Shown: positions 43,601-59,400 of the stretch, piece after piece
Layout of the letters: each line of letters starts with the position of its first letter
Position numbering within the stretch: position 1 is the stretch's first letter
Assembly: GCF_006345805.1 (NCBI RefSeq)
Contig: NC_043002.1
Location: 55,800,001-55,864,000, forward strand
Length of the DNA stretch: 64,000 bases
Direction of reading: 5' to 3'
DNA from: Octopus sinensis
Lineage: Eukaryota
Notes under the pieces: generated by a model
Seen by the model: the letters and a program-made list of their open reading frames with translations, nothing else
Told to the model about the DNA's origin: nothing
Database searches by the model: none
Made by a program: the position numbers and the translations under genes

Positions 43601-46600
43601 CCAGGTTATTAACATTGCTATGCCTAAACAATATATGTGCGCTTGCACATACACACACACACACTGCCGTAAATAGTGAACTGCTAGGCTTTCCCTGACC
43701 AAAACTATTCATAATGGGTGATTAGCTCTGCAGACAGCTGCGGGTGTTGGAATAGCAATTACAATATGCATGCATGAACCATCCAAACTAAATGGAATAC
43801 AAATGGCTGCAAATCAAAAGGAGCTGCTGATGTGGTTGCCTGGAGGACAGACATGTGGTAGCATGAATATGTTATGTTTCGTTGGAAATCACTGAAAGAG
43901 ATATTAAAGCATACACACAACAACAATTCTATAAATGTTCACAATAACCAGTCTGCAATGGCTTGCAAAGGTGTGTTGTGCTGATTCAAAAGGAAAAACA
44001 AAATGAAATTTCACACACCTGATACTCTTCTTCCACTGGTCTTTTGATCTAAAGGTGTGGTAGGTAATGAGACTGCACCAGGTGAAGGTGAAGGGGCTAA
44101 AGCAACACAAAATAAAATATATTACAGACACCATGACAAGTTATACTTCATCTTATTTCAGTTAATGCTTCTTAACATGATAATAATAGCAAATGAGATA
44201 AATTGTTGTAATTTGCAATCAACCTTATATTAACTTTTCAACATTCAAACCAGCCAAATTCAGCCCAAATAATCAACCTGCTTTATTATCTAAGCAGCTA
44301 GATTTGGCCTCTCACACCTACCCTAAAGTGTCAATCTAAAAATACTGAAATCTCGAAGCTATGAGACAAAGCATGATTAATTAGAAACAATGTGAATAAA
44401 GAAGCATTAGATTTTGACCGAGTACAATGTTTGATTGAAAACTGTTGGGGGACTGGTGCCAGAAAACGAAAACTACAACCCATATTAATCTGGCATTTAA
44501 TCTCCTTCAAAGTAATCCCCTTCTAAAGCCACACATGTTATCCAGGATCGTTTCCATTTATGAAAGCCTTCCGGGAACTCCTTTATTTGGGACAGTGAGC
44601 AGCTGCCTTGTCACATTCTCTTGGATTTCCTCAATGTCTTGAAGTCTTGTTGGGGTCTTCCACTGCAAAGACTGAGCCATGGTTTCAGGATCCTAGCCAT
44701 AGACCCACAATTCATCATCTGCTATGACCATTTTCAAAGAGTTTCCACCTTCCTTGACACAAGGAGATCCTGCACAGCTGAATCCCTATCTTCTTTTTGA
44801 GATGACCATACTCTACACACTTTACTGCCAAGCACTGCTACAAATAACAAAAGTGAATGAGAACAATATAACTTGGTGTGCATGCATAACAGAGTTCAAA
44901 CTCAAAGTGTGCCAAGTGGCTTCACTTTGTGTATTTTAGCTTCATTACCATAGTAACAGTTCTGACACTGATTGAATCCCGTAATGTGAATACTAAAGGA
45001 TAAATCAAGCCTTGGGGAGATGTTGACTGTGTCCACCCTTGCAAATTTGTGGCCAAGTCCCTAACGAGAAATCTTGATTATCATTATTAAATAATCTAAG
45101 GTAAACATTTTGCTTCAACTGACATTACTTTCCATCCCATTGGAGTCACTGAAATACCAGTTCGACTCAACTCCTGTATTAATTCAACCAAAGAGTTTGG
45201 CACCTATGTAAGGAATTGTTACCGTATTTGAGATGGCAATAACAAACAGTACAAAACTGTAGTATGTGGCAAGGGAAACCTCCCATATTTTACATGACCA
45301 TTGCTTTGGTACCAATAAAGTTAGGCAGAGAGTAATAGCACCTTCGTGGAGCTAATGTTTAACTGTCACCCATCCAGTTACCATAAACACACCATGCAGT
45401 TACTGTTGAAAACTAAGGTGAGTCACAGCAAAAACAACAGAGTATTAACTTTGTCGTTTAAATTTCACATAATCTGATACTGCCTTTTATATTTCTAGGC
45501 TACAATTCATTTAAACACACCCCAACTAGTTTTTAAACAATATATCAAGTTATATTAGGGGGTGTTTACATTTATCTGAATAGTTTTAATCAAGAATGTA
45601 ATCACTATAATTTTCAATGACTGCAGTCCAACAAGAAAATAACATTTTTATGCCACGGTGGTGATGATGATGATCTTCCAAGACACCTATTTCTTTTCCT
45701 GAAAAATATCTGAAAGACTGTTTTTAACTTCCTCTCCATTTCTGAATGTTTTGCCTTTTATAAAATGTTCCAGTGATAAGAAGAGATGGAAATCCATAGG
45801 TGCTAAGTCAGATGAGTATGGAGGATGTGGAAGAACTTCCCATCCTAATGATTTTATTTTTCCTTGGGTTTGTTTTGAAGAGAGTGGCCATGCATTGTTA
45901 TGCTGGAGAATAACATGTTTTCTGTTTACCAAAGCTGGCTGCTTTTGACATAATTTTTCATTCACACAATCAAGTTGTTGGCAATAGACATCGGCATTGA
46001 TGGTCCTTCCATGTTCTAGAAGCTTGTAATGGACAATACCTTTCATGTTCCACCAAACACAGAGCATGGGTTCGTGTGGATGGCGTTGGCATTGGCCTCT
46101 CATGATAACCATTGTCTTTTCTGCTTTCTGTTGTGATGTAAAATCCATTTTTCATCACCTGCAACAATGCACTGCAGAAATTAACAGGTTGTTATTCTTG
46201 GTTAGAAGACTGCTGCAGATGGTGGAATATTGTGTTTAGTTCTCAAACATAAGTTCATATGGAACCCAAATTCCCTCTTTGTAGGTTTTTCCAATTTGCT
46301 TGAGATATTTGTGGATAGTTGAACATGACATATTAAACTTTTGCACCAAATCTCTGGTGCTTTGACAAGTATCTGATCCAACAGTCTCATTGAAAAGGTC
46401 TTCATTCAGAGTGGGTTGTCTTTCAGAGCTTGCTGGATATGTCACAGTCTCCATCCAGATACATAAATGTTTTTCACTGCTTCTGTAGTACTTTTCTTTC
46501 AAAACTCATACAATAACCAATGTCAAGTATGTTGTTTCATAAAGTTCTTATCCTCCATGGGGTTAATTACTGAAGTGGCTATGAATGGAACACTGCCGGA

Positions 46601-49600
46601 TAGAAGAGATGTTATATGATTTTTTGACAGTTCCCACCCATTTGACCTTGGCTCTGACATGACTGGTTGATTCATATTTCATAGCGGTGAAGAAATGCAA
46701 TTACTTCCCGAACACCCCAATGGAGACATTTTCATATTTCAATCATAGATGTGATATAGCTAGCCTTTTGAAGGACATCTGATGCATGAGTGGTGGCCTC
46801 TGGATGGTCCTTATTACAAAGGAAGGTAATTATCTCACACTATGAAGCATGATTGGAAATTAGAATCTGAAATCACACAATATTGAGAGTACACACACAA
46901 ACATTTATGAATGTTAAATTCTTTTTTGTTATTATCTATGGTGTAAATACACATTTGTGGCCACATGTGAGGACAGGCACAACAACTGAATTGAAGATAA
47001 GTTTGGCTTTTTTTTTTTCACCAATTTCTTCTCTTCTGAGAACTAAATGCTGAAGCTGGCACACAACTACAATTCAGCTTCCTGCTTCCTGCCACTCATG
47101 GCTCACTGGATAACTAAAACTTCTCCACTTGTATTAGTGTTGTTCTACTAACATGCAGAGAGTATTGGAAGACATTTTTGAGAGGACCAATGGGTGGAAC
47201 AGAGGTCAGACAGTCTCTCCAGGTGGAGCCACTGCTGCTCTGCATTGAGAGGTCACAGGTCTGGTACTATGGATTAAAACATCTCAAGAAAGAACAAGGT
47301 GGATTCTTTAAGCCAAGTCAATCTACAGGAGACTTAGGGAAACCAAGAATGAAACGACTGGATAAGAATGTCCATAGTCTCAGTTGGTTACACTGGAGAA
47401 TCCAACCAAAAGTGTAATGAGGGTTGCTTCTGAAAGAACCCTATAGAGAAGGAGGACTCTACCCTCAACAACCCTCACATGAATAGTGGACAGAGAAAAT
47501 GGGTGAATGGTGCTAATATTCATAAAGAAAATAGAAAGTAAAGTGGTTAACTCACTTTTGGAAGGTTCTACTGGTTTCTAGAAAAGTAGAAAAAAAAAAG
47601 AAGAGAAAGACATTAGTTATATGAAGCAAAACATTGACAGGCTCTCAATTTTTTTTTTTTTTAACTATTTTATCGTAAATAATGACAAAAACATGTTTGA
47701 ATCGTTATAGTAACAATGATTAAGAAAGATACGCAATGAAATGATAATTGATAAAGATAGCCCACTCATTAGTGTGAAAAAAAAAGGTCTTTTGATTAGC
47801 TCTTCTGATATTTTCTTCTCTGAAGAATGGTATACATTCCTGACAGTTAGTAGACTGAACTATCTATTTCTCCCTAGAAACACAGTCAAATAATTTCTCA
47901 TCTTCAGGTTTTTTGCTTTTACCAATTCAGAAAGATAGATCAATTAAACCAATTAATTAGTCAAGTGGTAAAGTTTTGAAAATAGCTACCGCAGGGATTT
48001 GACAAATATAAATAGAGTATAAATTCTTGTTAGATGATCTAGGTACATAAGAGTTAAGCAGAGACACTATCAGCTGACATGTTGAATCAAAACAGTTAAA
48101 ACAAGGGCAACATATCTGATTAGCTGAGTTGATGAATAGAGTTTTGATGGATCCCTGTCTAAGACATAGATCTGCTTGGCCAAAATTAACCAATAATAAT
48201 AATAAGTATAGAAAAAATAGCAAAGTACCAGGACCTACCCATTAAATTACAGAGACAATGGAAAGTGTCGGTAAAATGTATCCCAGTACTTATAGGCGCA
48301 TTGGGAACTATCCCTAAAGATCTGAACAGAGGAAAGCAGTATAAAAACCAGTTTAGTACAGCTGCAGAAAACAGTGTTATTAGGGACAGCTAGGATACTT
48401 AGGAGGGTTCTTGGCATCTAAGGTTATTTGCTGTACCCCAATAGGGGAGTTCTTGACATCTAAGGCTACTTGTAACCTGATGTTAGGATTCTTTTCTTTT
48501 CCAACAATTTAATCTGTTGAAAGAATAATAATGATAATAATTCTTTATTAACCACACAGATCAATGATAATAATAAAAACAAAAATCAATAAGATGACAG
48601 CCTCTGCATAGCCATTTGATTTGCTGGAAGCAGCAGCCAAACTTCTCTCAAATCACACTCAACTGTCTTAAAAGCCAAAAGGACACACAAAACAGTGTAG
48701 TCTTAGGTACACAGTGGGCTCAAATTTTGGCTAGCAATTTTAGTGTGTGTGTGTGTGTGGGGGGGGAGGGAATAAGTTGATAACAAGGACACTAGAATTC
48801 AACTGATGATTATTTTATTGACCTTGGAAAGATGAAGGGGTCAAGCCGACATCAATGGAATTTAAACTCGGAACAAGAAGAGTGAGAAAAAATTGTCAGT
48901 GTTTTGTCTGACAAAAAAATGATTCTGCCTGATCACAAGGTCTATATATAAAATGCCAAACAAAATAAGACATGATGGCCACAGCTGGAACATACTTGAT
49001 CTCCTCTCAATTAGGACTCTCATTTGGAAACAACTAACTACAACAACTGTCTTACGATTTAATCAGATGGAGTCTCTCCCTTACATCTATAGCAGAAATT
49101 GTGTTTTGTTTCAGTCTGATTTATTTAATGTTTGTTAGATTATTAACTGCAGTACACAGGAGAAAAAAAAAGGGGTGGAGTGGCTGAGCAAACAGGGTAT
49201 CAGACAATCAACTGACAAGCTTATGATTTGTATATTAAGGTTTATATATTGTCATTACAATTACATTGTATAGAAGATATTTATTAATTACTACAGAATA
49301 TATCTATAGATTTATTAATCAAAACTGTGTATTATGATGAATATGTCTTTATCCATATGTCTATAAATGGGGTAAAAAAGTGGAAGCAACTGTGCACTCT
49401 GTTTAACTATCCCCAAACACACTGATACAACGCCCAATGATATTAGAGGCTGAAGTAAACTGGATAGATCAAGGGTTAAATGTGTAAACCTATCTGCAAT
49501 TTACCTCAACCTGTAATATTATAGGGTCTGTAAGCAGTGTTTGTGGATAGTTAAAGAAGGTGCACACCTGCTGCCTATGATCCTGATCAGGACCGAAACC

Positions 49601-51722
49601 TGTATATTCACTGGTCACCTTTTTTTCTATCTGTAAACATATCTATATATCAAGACATTGTTTATATTCATCACATTCATTATAACACACAAAGTTGACT
49701 AATAAATCTGATATGTTCTATAATATTATATATAAGAATCAATTACATTTTAGGCATGAAACAGACATTGTTAACACACTGATCATTTAATGTTAGAATA
49801 TATTTCACTCTCAATTGCTCAGTTCACCCTAGCTTCTCTAAGTAGTTACCAGAGGACAACAGAGTTTACAGTTGTAAAACAGCATAAATACTGTAAAATA
49901 AAGCATTTTGCAACACTGGAGAAGGCCCAGTAATGACCAATCAAATGTATTCACAATCAATATTCATTGATGCCCCAGTAAAATAACAGAATTATGAGAT
50001 TGGATAACAACTCTTAGAGGAATTAAGTACAAAGGGATTTTATCTGTTTTAAATGAAAGAAAGAACTTCCAGAAAATATGAACATAATCCCTGTCCTTCA
50101 TTTGAGAGCTGTGTTCATCAAAATGTTTCTGGGGTTTCCATTTTCAATGTAATTAAAACTTACTCTGGTGCTGCCAACAACTCAGAACTCATCATCCTCA
50201 TAACTATTTTATCCCTGTTTCTGTCTGTCATCCAACTTTCACACTCTCACAAACCTATCCATCAAGCCATCATTGATTCTCTATCTCAATTCCCGTTTTA
50301 TCAACAGTCTTGTACTTTCAGGTTATGCCCTGATATTTCATCATTGTCATCCTCTCTCCCTTTCCTGTGACCATGTATTTCCTCTAAAACAGAACACTTG
50401 TCTCTAACCCTTTATCATACCCTAGCTTCATAACATCTGGTACAAAACCACTTCCCTCAATATGACACTTCACCCAACTGTTGAGGGACTTTGTCAAATA
50501 AGTTACGTGGTGATCTCACTAGAGCCAGTGCCATGATAAAAGCATCTGGTATGCTTACATGCTTGGTATTAAGAAGAGCATGCAACAACAGAAACTATAC
50601 CAAAGCAGGCACTGGAATCCTCTGGCTCACTGTCCACCACACCACGCCAGCATAGAAAAAGGGACATTAGATGGTGATGGTAGTTTGCTGAGTATATTGT
50701 GTTGCATAATAGGCCCAACTGACTTATGTAATAACAGCAGTCAGCTTACTGAAACATTTGTATGTTATATACTGGCTAAATTTTCTGTGTCTGTTCCTAT
50801 GAGGTGGCTGAGATCCTGTGCACTAACCCATCTGCACTTACAATCTTTTCTATCTTTTGGCTTTTACTTGTTTCAGGGATCAGAAGATGGCACTGCTTTG
50901 AAGAATTCTTTTTTTCTTTAGTTGAATAAATCAACCAGAGTGCTTAACTTTTTAAAGCCTGATTCTTATTCTCTTGCTGAACTGCTACATTAGATGGAGA
51001 TCAAACAAAAGCCAACACCAGTTGTCAAGTGATGGTAGGGGACTAACACCGACACAAATATACACACAACAGGCTTCTTTCAGTTGTAATGTGTTGCATT
51101 TTGCAGCATACATTTTAATGTGTTGATGTCTGTGTGCGTGTATGTGCCAGAAGCATTATAATTTCACGTCCTTTTTTCCCCGCTGGCATGAGTTGGTCGG
51201 TTCAACATGGACAAACCAGAGGGCTGTGCCAGGTTCTATGTCAGCTTTGGTACGGTTTCTATAGCTGGGTGCCCATTCCTAAAGTCCACCACTTCACAGA
51301 GTGTACTGGGTGCTTTTTACATGGCACCAACACAGGTGAGAGCAAAAAGTAGTAACCGCAAGACAAGACCCCTTGAATGAATCAGGTATAGAATGGTGTG
51401 TGTGTGGAGGGGAGGGCAGTTGATTTGTTTTGGCTGTAAAGACAATCATTATGAGGGCCATTCCTTATACTTTCAGTTGATCAACTGATAAAACTAAATC
51501 ATGAATGCATCAAAATACACATTTGAAACAGCTGTAAAAGCCTATAATAAAATAAATAAATGTATATATAACCCTCTATTCTGTCTACTATATATATATA
51601 TATATATATATATATGGCCTGCCCACTTAGCCAGCGGGGTGGCGACGTTTGAAGGCTAAAACAATGCGAACACATTGTGACCAGCGATGTGTAGCAACAT
51701 CTGATGGTCTGGTCAGTCACGT

Positions 51723-51763
<41 letters not shown>

Positions 51764-52157
51764 GTATATACAGAGCCATCTAGGATGCCATAAGTCAAGG
51801 AAAAGATGCATTCATATATCTGTTAGTAGAGTGGGTATCTTATCTGAAATGTATAGTGTTAAATATCCATCATGGCTGGGCTTCACGTAAACAATACAAT
51901 GGAGTTATATAATCATTCTTTATGTGAAACCGATTGCTAAGATCAGCTGCGATAGATATTTAATACTATACATTTTGGATAATATAGGTGCAGGAGTGGC
52001 TGTGTGGTAAGTAGCTTGCTTACCAACCACATGGTACCAGGTTCAGTCCCACTGCGTGGCACCTTGGGCAAGTGTCTTCTACTATAGCCTCAGGCTGACC
52101 AAAGCCTTGTGAGTGAATTTGGAAGACAGAAACTGAAAGAAGCCTGTCGTATGTGTG

Positions 52158-52196
<39 letters not shown>

Positions 52197-54918
52197 TCAC
52201 CGTTTAACGTCCGCTTTCCATGCTAGCATGGTTTGGACGATTTTGACTGAGGGCTGGCGAACCAGATGGCTGCACCAGGCTCCAATCTTGATTTGGCACA
52301 GTTTCTACAGCTGGATTCCCTTCCTAACGCCAACCACTCCAAGAGTGTAGTGGGTGCCTTTTACGTGCCACCGGCACGAGGGCCAGTCAGGCGGTACTGG
52401 CAACGACCTCGCTCGAAACTTTTTACACATGTCACCAGCACAGGTGCCAGTAAGGCGACGTTGTGAACGATCACACTCGAATGGTGCCCTTTTACGTGCC
52501 ACTAGCACGGAAGCCTGGCAATGATCACACTCGGATGGTGCTCTTGGCACCCAACTAGCACAGGCACAAGTGCCAGTAAGGCGACATGTATATGTTTGTG
52601 TGCCTTTGTCCCCCACCATCGCTTGACAACCGCTGTTGGTGTGTTTACATCCTCGTAACTTAGTGGTTTGGCAAAATAGACTGATAAAATAAGTACTAGG
52701 CTTACAAAGAATAAGTCCTGGGGTCGATTTGCTCAACTAAAGGTGGGGCTCCAGCATGGCCGCAGTCAAATGACTGAAACAAGTAAATGAGTAAAAGAAC
52801 ACACACACACACACCTACATATGTATATACATGTACACACAGTGTATTGCTTTTTTTTGTTTTTTGATCTTTGATGAGATGAAGAGAGGTCACATGCTGT
52901 AATATTGCACAATCATGTTTCTATTCATGATGAATATGAACTGTGTTTTGTTGAAATGACCATTATGAAGGAATAAAGCTAATACCGTAAATCCTTGAGT
53001 ATAATCCGCATTTTTTTCCAAAATTTTAAAGGTCAAAATCCCTAGTGCGTACTATATACAAGGTTAAAACTGAAAATTATTTTCTAAGCAATGTCCAAGT
53101 CTCTATTTGCTGTCCAGCAATGTTTATTCAGACGCATTTTGTGATGTCGGGCGCGTAAAAACCTTAAGCTAAGCCCGAAAGCAATGAAGTCATAAAAAAA
53201 ATCATACATAACTTGCAGTAAGCAACATTTATTAAATGTTATTACTGTTATTTCTTTATTTTCTGCAAACAAAATGCACAAAAAAGCTACACGTTTGCAT
53301 TATGTTATATATACAATAATAATAAAGGATGTTACTGTATACATTTTTACAAACCAAGGACGTTATATAGACCTCTTTGACTCGAGTTAGAGAAGGGGTG
53401 CGTATTATACACAAGGTTTAGGTTTTTCAGAGGTACAGCCCCCTAAAAATCCCCTGCGTATTGTACTCAAGGGCGGACTATACTCGAGGATTTACGGTAC
53501 TATAACCTCAATTCTTGGACTTTATACATGCATATACACACACATATATATATATTCTAGGATTCATTAACCTCCAGATGCATCAATACATAGGATGTCA
53601 GAAATGGCTGCCTACCCTAATGTAGAGCACATGGTGAGGTAAAACAACCATGAAGTATGTGTAGGTAGGATACCCCACGGATGTGTCAATATGAAAGTAC
53701 CAAATCCAATTTAAACGATAGATCCAACTCAGGATTGGTTCCCGGTGTGGCATAGATATAAAAAGAACACAAATAGGGTTTTAAATTTCCGACAGCTGTT
53801 TCACTATAATTTTATTGATGTGTTCATAGATTGCATCATAGCATATAATCGACCATCTTCAGGTAAACTTTTAAACAGATGAGATAATACAAATTCAATA
53901 ACATAAAGAATAATACATACATGTATGTGTGTGTGTGTGTGTATGCCATGCATATACATTACAGTGATATTAGTATCACCGCCTTAGTCATCAACATCAC
54001 AGCTCCAATCATCACCTTCACAATAAAATCTATCATTATCATCCCACACGTTAATTAGCTATAGGGAATGAGTTTCTGTCATAGAGCCTCCTTCCCCTCT
54101 ATACCTGTACTCAACCACACACCTTCCACAAAGACAGAATTTTATATAAACCAGGTGCATGAAAAAAAAAACATGAAAATACGTTATGTTATCAGAAAAC
54201 TGAAATTAAAAAACCATAGATATTTAAGTAATAATAATAATAATAAAAAACTCTACTCTACCACCATCGACAACATCAACAACAACAAAACCAATAATTA
54301 TACTGCGAAAGATTACTTATTAATTAACAATTACGGATGAAAGTAATTTTAAGGATGGTTCCGTACATTACATACAATGTTACACATTGATATATACATA
54401 TATACACACACACATTTATATGACAATATTTTTTTTATGTATGAGACACATGCATTTTCAGCTGTATCAAACATATAGCTGAATGTACGTGTGTATACAT
54501 ATATGGGTGTATATGGTTCCATATACACTCATTTGGCAGGAATCCATAAGTAATCAATGATAACAGGACTTCTTATGATCATAATATTAAAGAAATATAA
54601 GAGAGAGACAATAGAGTAGACATTGGCACAGAGCTTCACCAGACAACATGAGAGGCCAGACATGCAGAGCAACCAAACCATTTCCTTAAAGACTGCGTTT
54701 TAAAAAGGTAATTTAAGAATTAGGAATGGAGCACCAAGTTAGACAGTTTAAAATAAGAGAAATATAAACATTTGCCAATTTAAAAAAATTCTTTATTCTC
54801 GTTGTTTTCTATTTTTTTAAAAAATTACTGACATACAGAATATATTGAAGTGATTAAAAAATTCATGTTAATAATAATAATAATAATGATGATAATAATA
54901 ATGATGATAATAATAATG

Positions 54919-54949
<31 letters not shown>

Positions 54950-56387
54950 CAACATATATATGACACAAGCTGTGAGTGAATTCTCAGGGTAGGCAGTAGG
55001 CATTCATAAAGTTAATTATCAACAAAAAAGCCTTATCATTATAAGAAAATATCTAAAAATATTTCAAGAGCATAAAATGTCTACTTGCATCCTCACACAC
55101 ACAATATATTATGAAAGAAGATAGGTTTTAGAATAGACAATTGCAAAAATGTGTTGTTTGAGGTTAGTTCCATTGAGTTGGGCAAGTGTCTTCCATGGTA
55201 GCCGTGAGTTGACCAAAGTTTTGTGAGTGGATTTAGTAGAAAGAAACTGATCAAGTCCATCGCATATATAAACAAAGTTCATGGACAGCAGGTAGACTTG
55301 TGCAGTTGCTGAGTGGTATCCAAGAGATGAGAAAAGGCCTTCAGCATGATGGGAAGATGATTTAATTTGATCTCCATTCTTCCCTTCCATCTTGACTCAA
55401 CCCAGAAAGAATTGGAAGCACATTGTGACAAGTGGTGTGTAACAACATCTGATAGCCTGGGTGATACCATCATCATCATGTGTGTATGTGCATGTGTTTG
55501 TGCCTCCTTGTCTTAGCATTATGCAATAGTTGTAAATGAGAGTCACCGTCATACAAGCAATGTCATTCATTTCCATCCCTTTGTGAAAATATGTCCAGCT
55601 ATGGGAAATTGTTACCTTGCTTGGAAGATGAGAGGGATGGTGATAGGAAAGGCATTCGGTCCTACAAAACTGGACTCAACTAATTCCATCTGTTCTATGC
55701 AAGTGTAGATTAGAGGAATATGTTATTGATGCCATTCCTGTCACTAATCCTGACAAGTTTTTCAAAGAAAGGATCTTTTATTTCACTTATTTTTGAAACA
55801 TTACTTGAAGCCTTCGTAGAGCCCAAAGATAAACACACACGCACACATGCACACACGCACACACAAAGTTGAAAAGCAGAAAAAAACTGTGCCAGTCTTA
55901 CATAAACAAATGACTCCTCTCACTGAATATCATACATTAATTAATATTTTTATAATGGATTGGAAATCATTTACTGTTTATAATTAAGAATTAATAGCAT
56001 CTACAGTTTTGGTAGATGTGGCCTACTTTGCCTATCCCATCAGCATGTCCCATATATATATATATATCTCAGTAAGTAATAATTAAAAATAAAATTAAAA
56101 TTATGCATTTTTTTAAATATACTTTTATAACGAGTGCCTAGTTTTGTATTTATGATTTTTTTTTTTGAGCAAATTACTTTAAATAGTGAAATATGATAAT
56201 TCAGAAGAATTTGAGAAAATTTTGTTAGTGAGAAAATGTTATAGAATGGAAATAAATGTAGAAATCAAAGTGGTGGGGGAAGAGGAGGATTAGAACATTC
56301 ATAGAGATGAGCAAGGACAAATATAAGAAATAAAACTGAGAAATAGATATGGTTTTAAGAGAAGATACATGTATGTATGTGTATTAC

Positions 56388-56420
<33 letters not shown>

Positions 56421-59400
56421 TGCATAAATATAGTATAAATAAATGAAACATTAAATTAAATTAGTAAGGGGTAAAAATGGTTCAGTGAAATGAAAGAATT
56501 GAAAAGAGCTGAAAGAAGAACAAAAGAAATAAATAAAATCAATAAAGAAATTCAAGGGTAAAAGAAAAAAACAGGAAAACAATCATTGAAGAACCGAGGA
56601 TGGAAACAGAGGTGGGGAAACGCAAAGAAAAACATTGTAGGGTAAGAAGAGAAAGAAAATAAAAAGTCATTTTCTTTTGAGAAAAAGCAAAAGCAGAAGA
56701 GTGAGAGGAGACGCCATTTAGGAAGAAAGCAATCACGAAAAAAAGGGTTCGATTGACTACAATATTGACACACCTTAAACTGGATTAGTGAGGATCCAGT
56801 AGCAACAAATGAATGTGGTCGACTCCTTTTAGGGAGCTGTGGTGGTAACGGCACTGGCAGTTTCAAAGAGCGCTGTTTATCAGGCAAAGTTGGCAACTCA
56901 GATTCCTACAGTGTGTTAGTAAATTAGAGAAGTTAGTGTGTAATATATATATATATATAAATCTATATCTATCTATCTATATAAATATATATACATACAT
57001 ATATATGTATATATATATCTTTTCAAGATTATCTATACATATATGTTAGTATATATACTTAGATAGATGGATAGAATTAACAGTTTTCACTGAGGCTATG
57101 ACATATCTCATTCTCAATGAGAATTCTTTTTTCTTGTTTTGGTCTGCTTTAACAAAGTTGGTTGCAAAAATGGCCGTGTTTGACAGAATATAGATGTAAC
57201 ATAAAGAGGCAGAATGATTATGGATTAGATTTACTTTCATTGACTGAGAGTGCGAAAAAGAAAATTAAACATTTATGATCTGTTAAGAAGAAAAATTGAT
57301 TTGATTCTATAAGCAGTAAAAAAGAAGTCTGTGCTTGGTTCTGAAACTAGGAGAGATAACAGAAACAACAGCAGAAGAAGAACTTAGAGTGTATAAACTA
57401 TACAAGAGAGTGCCATATTCAATCTTCAAAAAGAGAATTAAAACAAGATATAGACACACACAAAGTTATGTCTAGTAAAGAGAAATATTTAGTTGGAATT
57501 AGTGGTTCCTGTTATTTGATGGTGGAATCAGTAACCTAAAATAGAATTCAGTTTTAAAGATATTACAGAAGCTTCTTCACAATAGCAAACAACACGTCAC
57601 AAACTTAAAACATTATACATATACAACATAAAACAGACTGTCTTTTACATTTATTAACCAGTGGCTTCTAGTGTGAAACAGAAGTTGACATATACAACAC
57701 ATTGTTTGTGAACACCCGGTAGAAATACCTGGTATTTAGTAGATTTTTACCCATCAATCCAATTTATTTATATGAAATGTTGAGTAGAAAAGAGATGAGA
57801 AGGCAATAAAGACATGAGTTGATGTATGGTGGTTAAACACAGTCAGGGTTTAATACTAATGTTTTAATCAATCAATCATAAATATTATCATCATCATTTA
57901 ATGCCTATTGTCCATGCTGGCATGTGTTGAACAGTTTGACCAGGGCTGGTAAGCTTAGGGGCTGCATCAGACACTAGTCTGATTTGGCATGGTTTCTACA
58001 GCTGGATGCCCTTCCTCATGCCAGCCACTCCGAGAGTGTAATGGGTGCTTTTATGTGCCACCGGCATGGGTCCCAGTTGTGTAACACCAGTATCTACTAT
58101 GACTACAATTTCACTTGTCTTGATGGGTTTTCTATTCAAGTATGGCATATTGCCAAAAGTCTCAGTCATTTGTCATTGTCTCCATGAAGTCAGATGCCGC
58201 CATGAGGCCCAATGCTTGAGAGGGGCTTTTTACATGCCACTGGATAGGTGTTAGTTATGCAACACTGGCATTGGCTAAATTGCCTCTGTGACACCCAACT
58301 CTTGAAAGGTGCTTTTTACATGCCACTGCTATGGGTATCAGTCACATGACACCGACAAGGGCCACAGCTATGATTTCACTTGGCTTCACACACACACACA
58401 TATGTAAAGGACTGATGAAAGCAATAATATTCAAAGTGAGATAATTCAAGAATGGAGTGGACGATGTGATCGCAGAATATTAAAAACCAATGGATACATT
58501 GCAAGGTTCACAGACAACAGGTGGACCTGTGCAGTTGCTGAGTGGTATCCAAGAGATGGAAAAAGAACATTTGGAAGGTCTCCATGATGGTGAGAATTTA
58601 GTAAAGCAATTTGGGCCAAGATGGAAAAGAATGGCACAATCAAGACAGAATTGGAAGCACATTGTGACCAGTGGTGTTTAACATCATCTGATGGTCTAGT
58701 CAATACTGTGATATATATATATAAAAAGAATTTAAACAGGAAACAGGGATAGCATTCAATGCTTCGTAGGACAAAAATGCTATAATAAACATGTTCTTTT
58801 ATTCTTTTACTTTTTTCAGTCATGTGACTGTGGCCATGCTGGAGCATCACCTTTAGTTGCCAAAATTGACCCCAGGACTTATTCTTTGTAAGCCTAGCAC
58901 TTATTTTATCGGTTACTTTTGCTGAACTGCTAAGTTTCAAGGATATAAACATACCAACATTGGTTGTCAAACGATGATGCATCTACAAGCACAAACATTC
59001 AGTTTCTGTATACCAAATCCACTGATAAGGCTTTGGTCAGCCCAAGGCTATAATAGAAGACACTTGCCCAAGGTGCCACGCAGAGGGATTGAACCCAGAA
59101 CTAAGCAAACTTCTTACCACGCAGCCACACCTGCACATATATTACAGTTGTGGAAACATCATGCAAACTTGCCCTTCCCCACATCAGTGTTGCACTGGTG
59201 TGGAGTGTGGAACCCAACTTTTTACGTATATAAACACACACACAATCATCATCGTCATCATCCTTATCATTCAATGTCCATGTTCCATGCTGACATGGGT
59301 TGGATGGTTTGGCAGGATCCAACAGACCCAATGGCTACAGCATCCTCCAACATTTATTTTGGCCTGGCCTTTCCTAGTGCCAACCACTTTTACAGTGGGT

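Noticed and set aside
49565-49610. tcctgatcaggaccgaaac as a hammerhead
   Set aside because: The CUGANGA core is not intact and no stem I could be identified.
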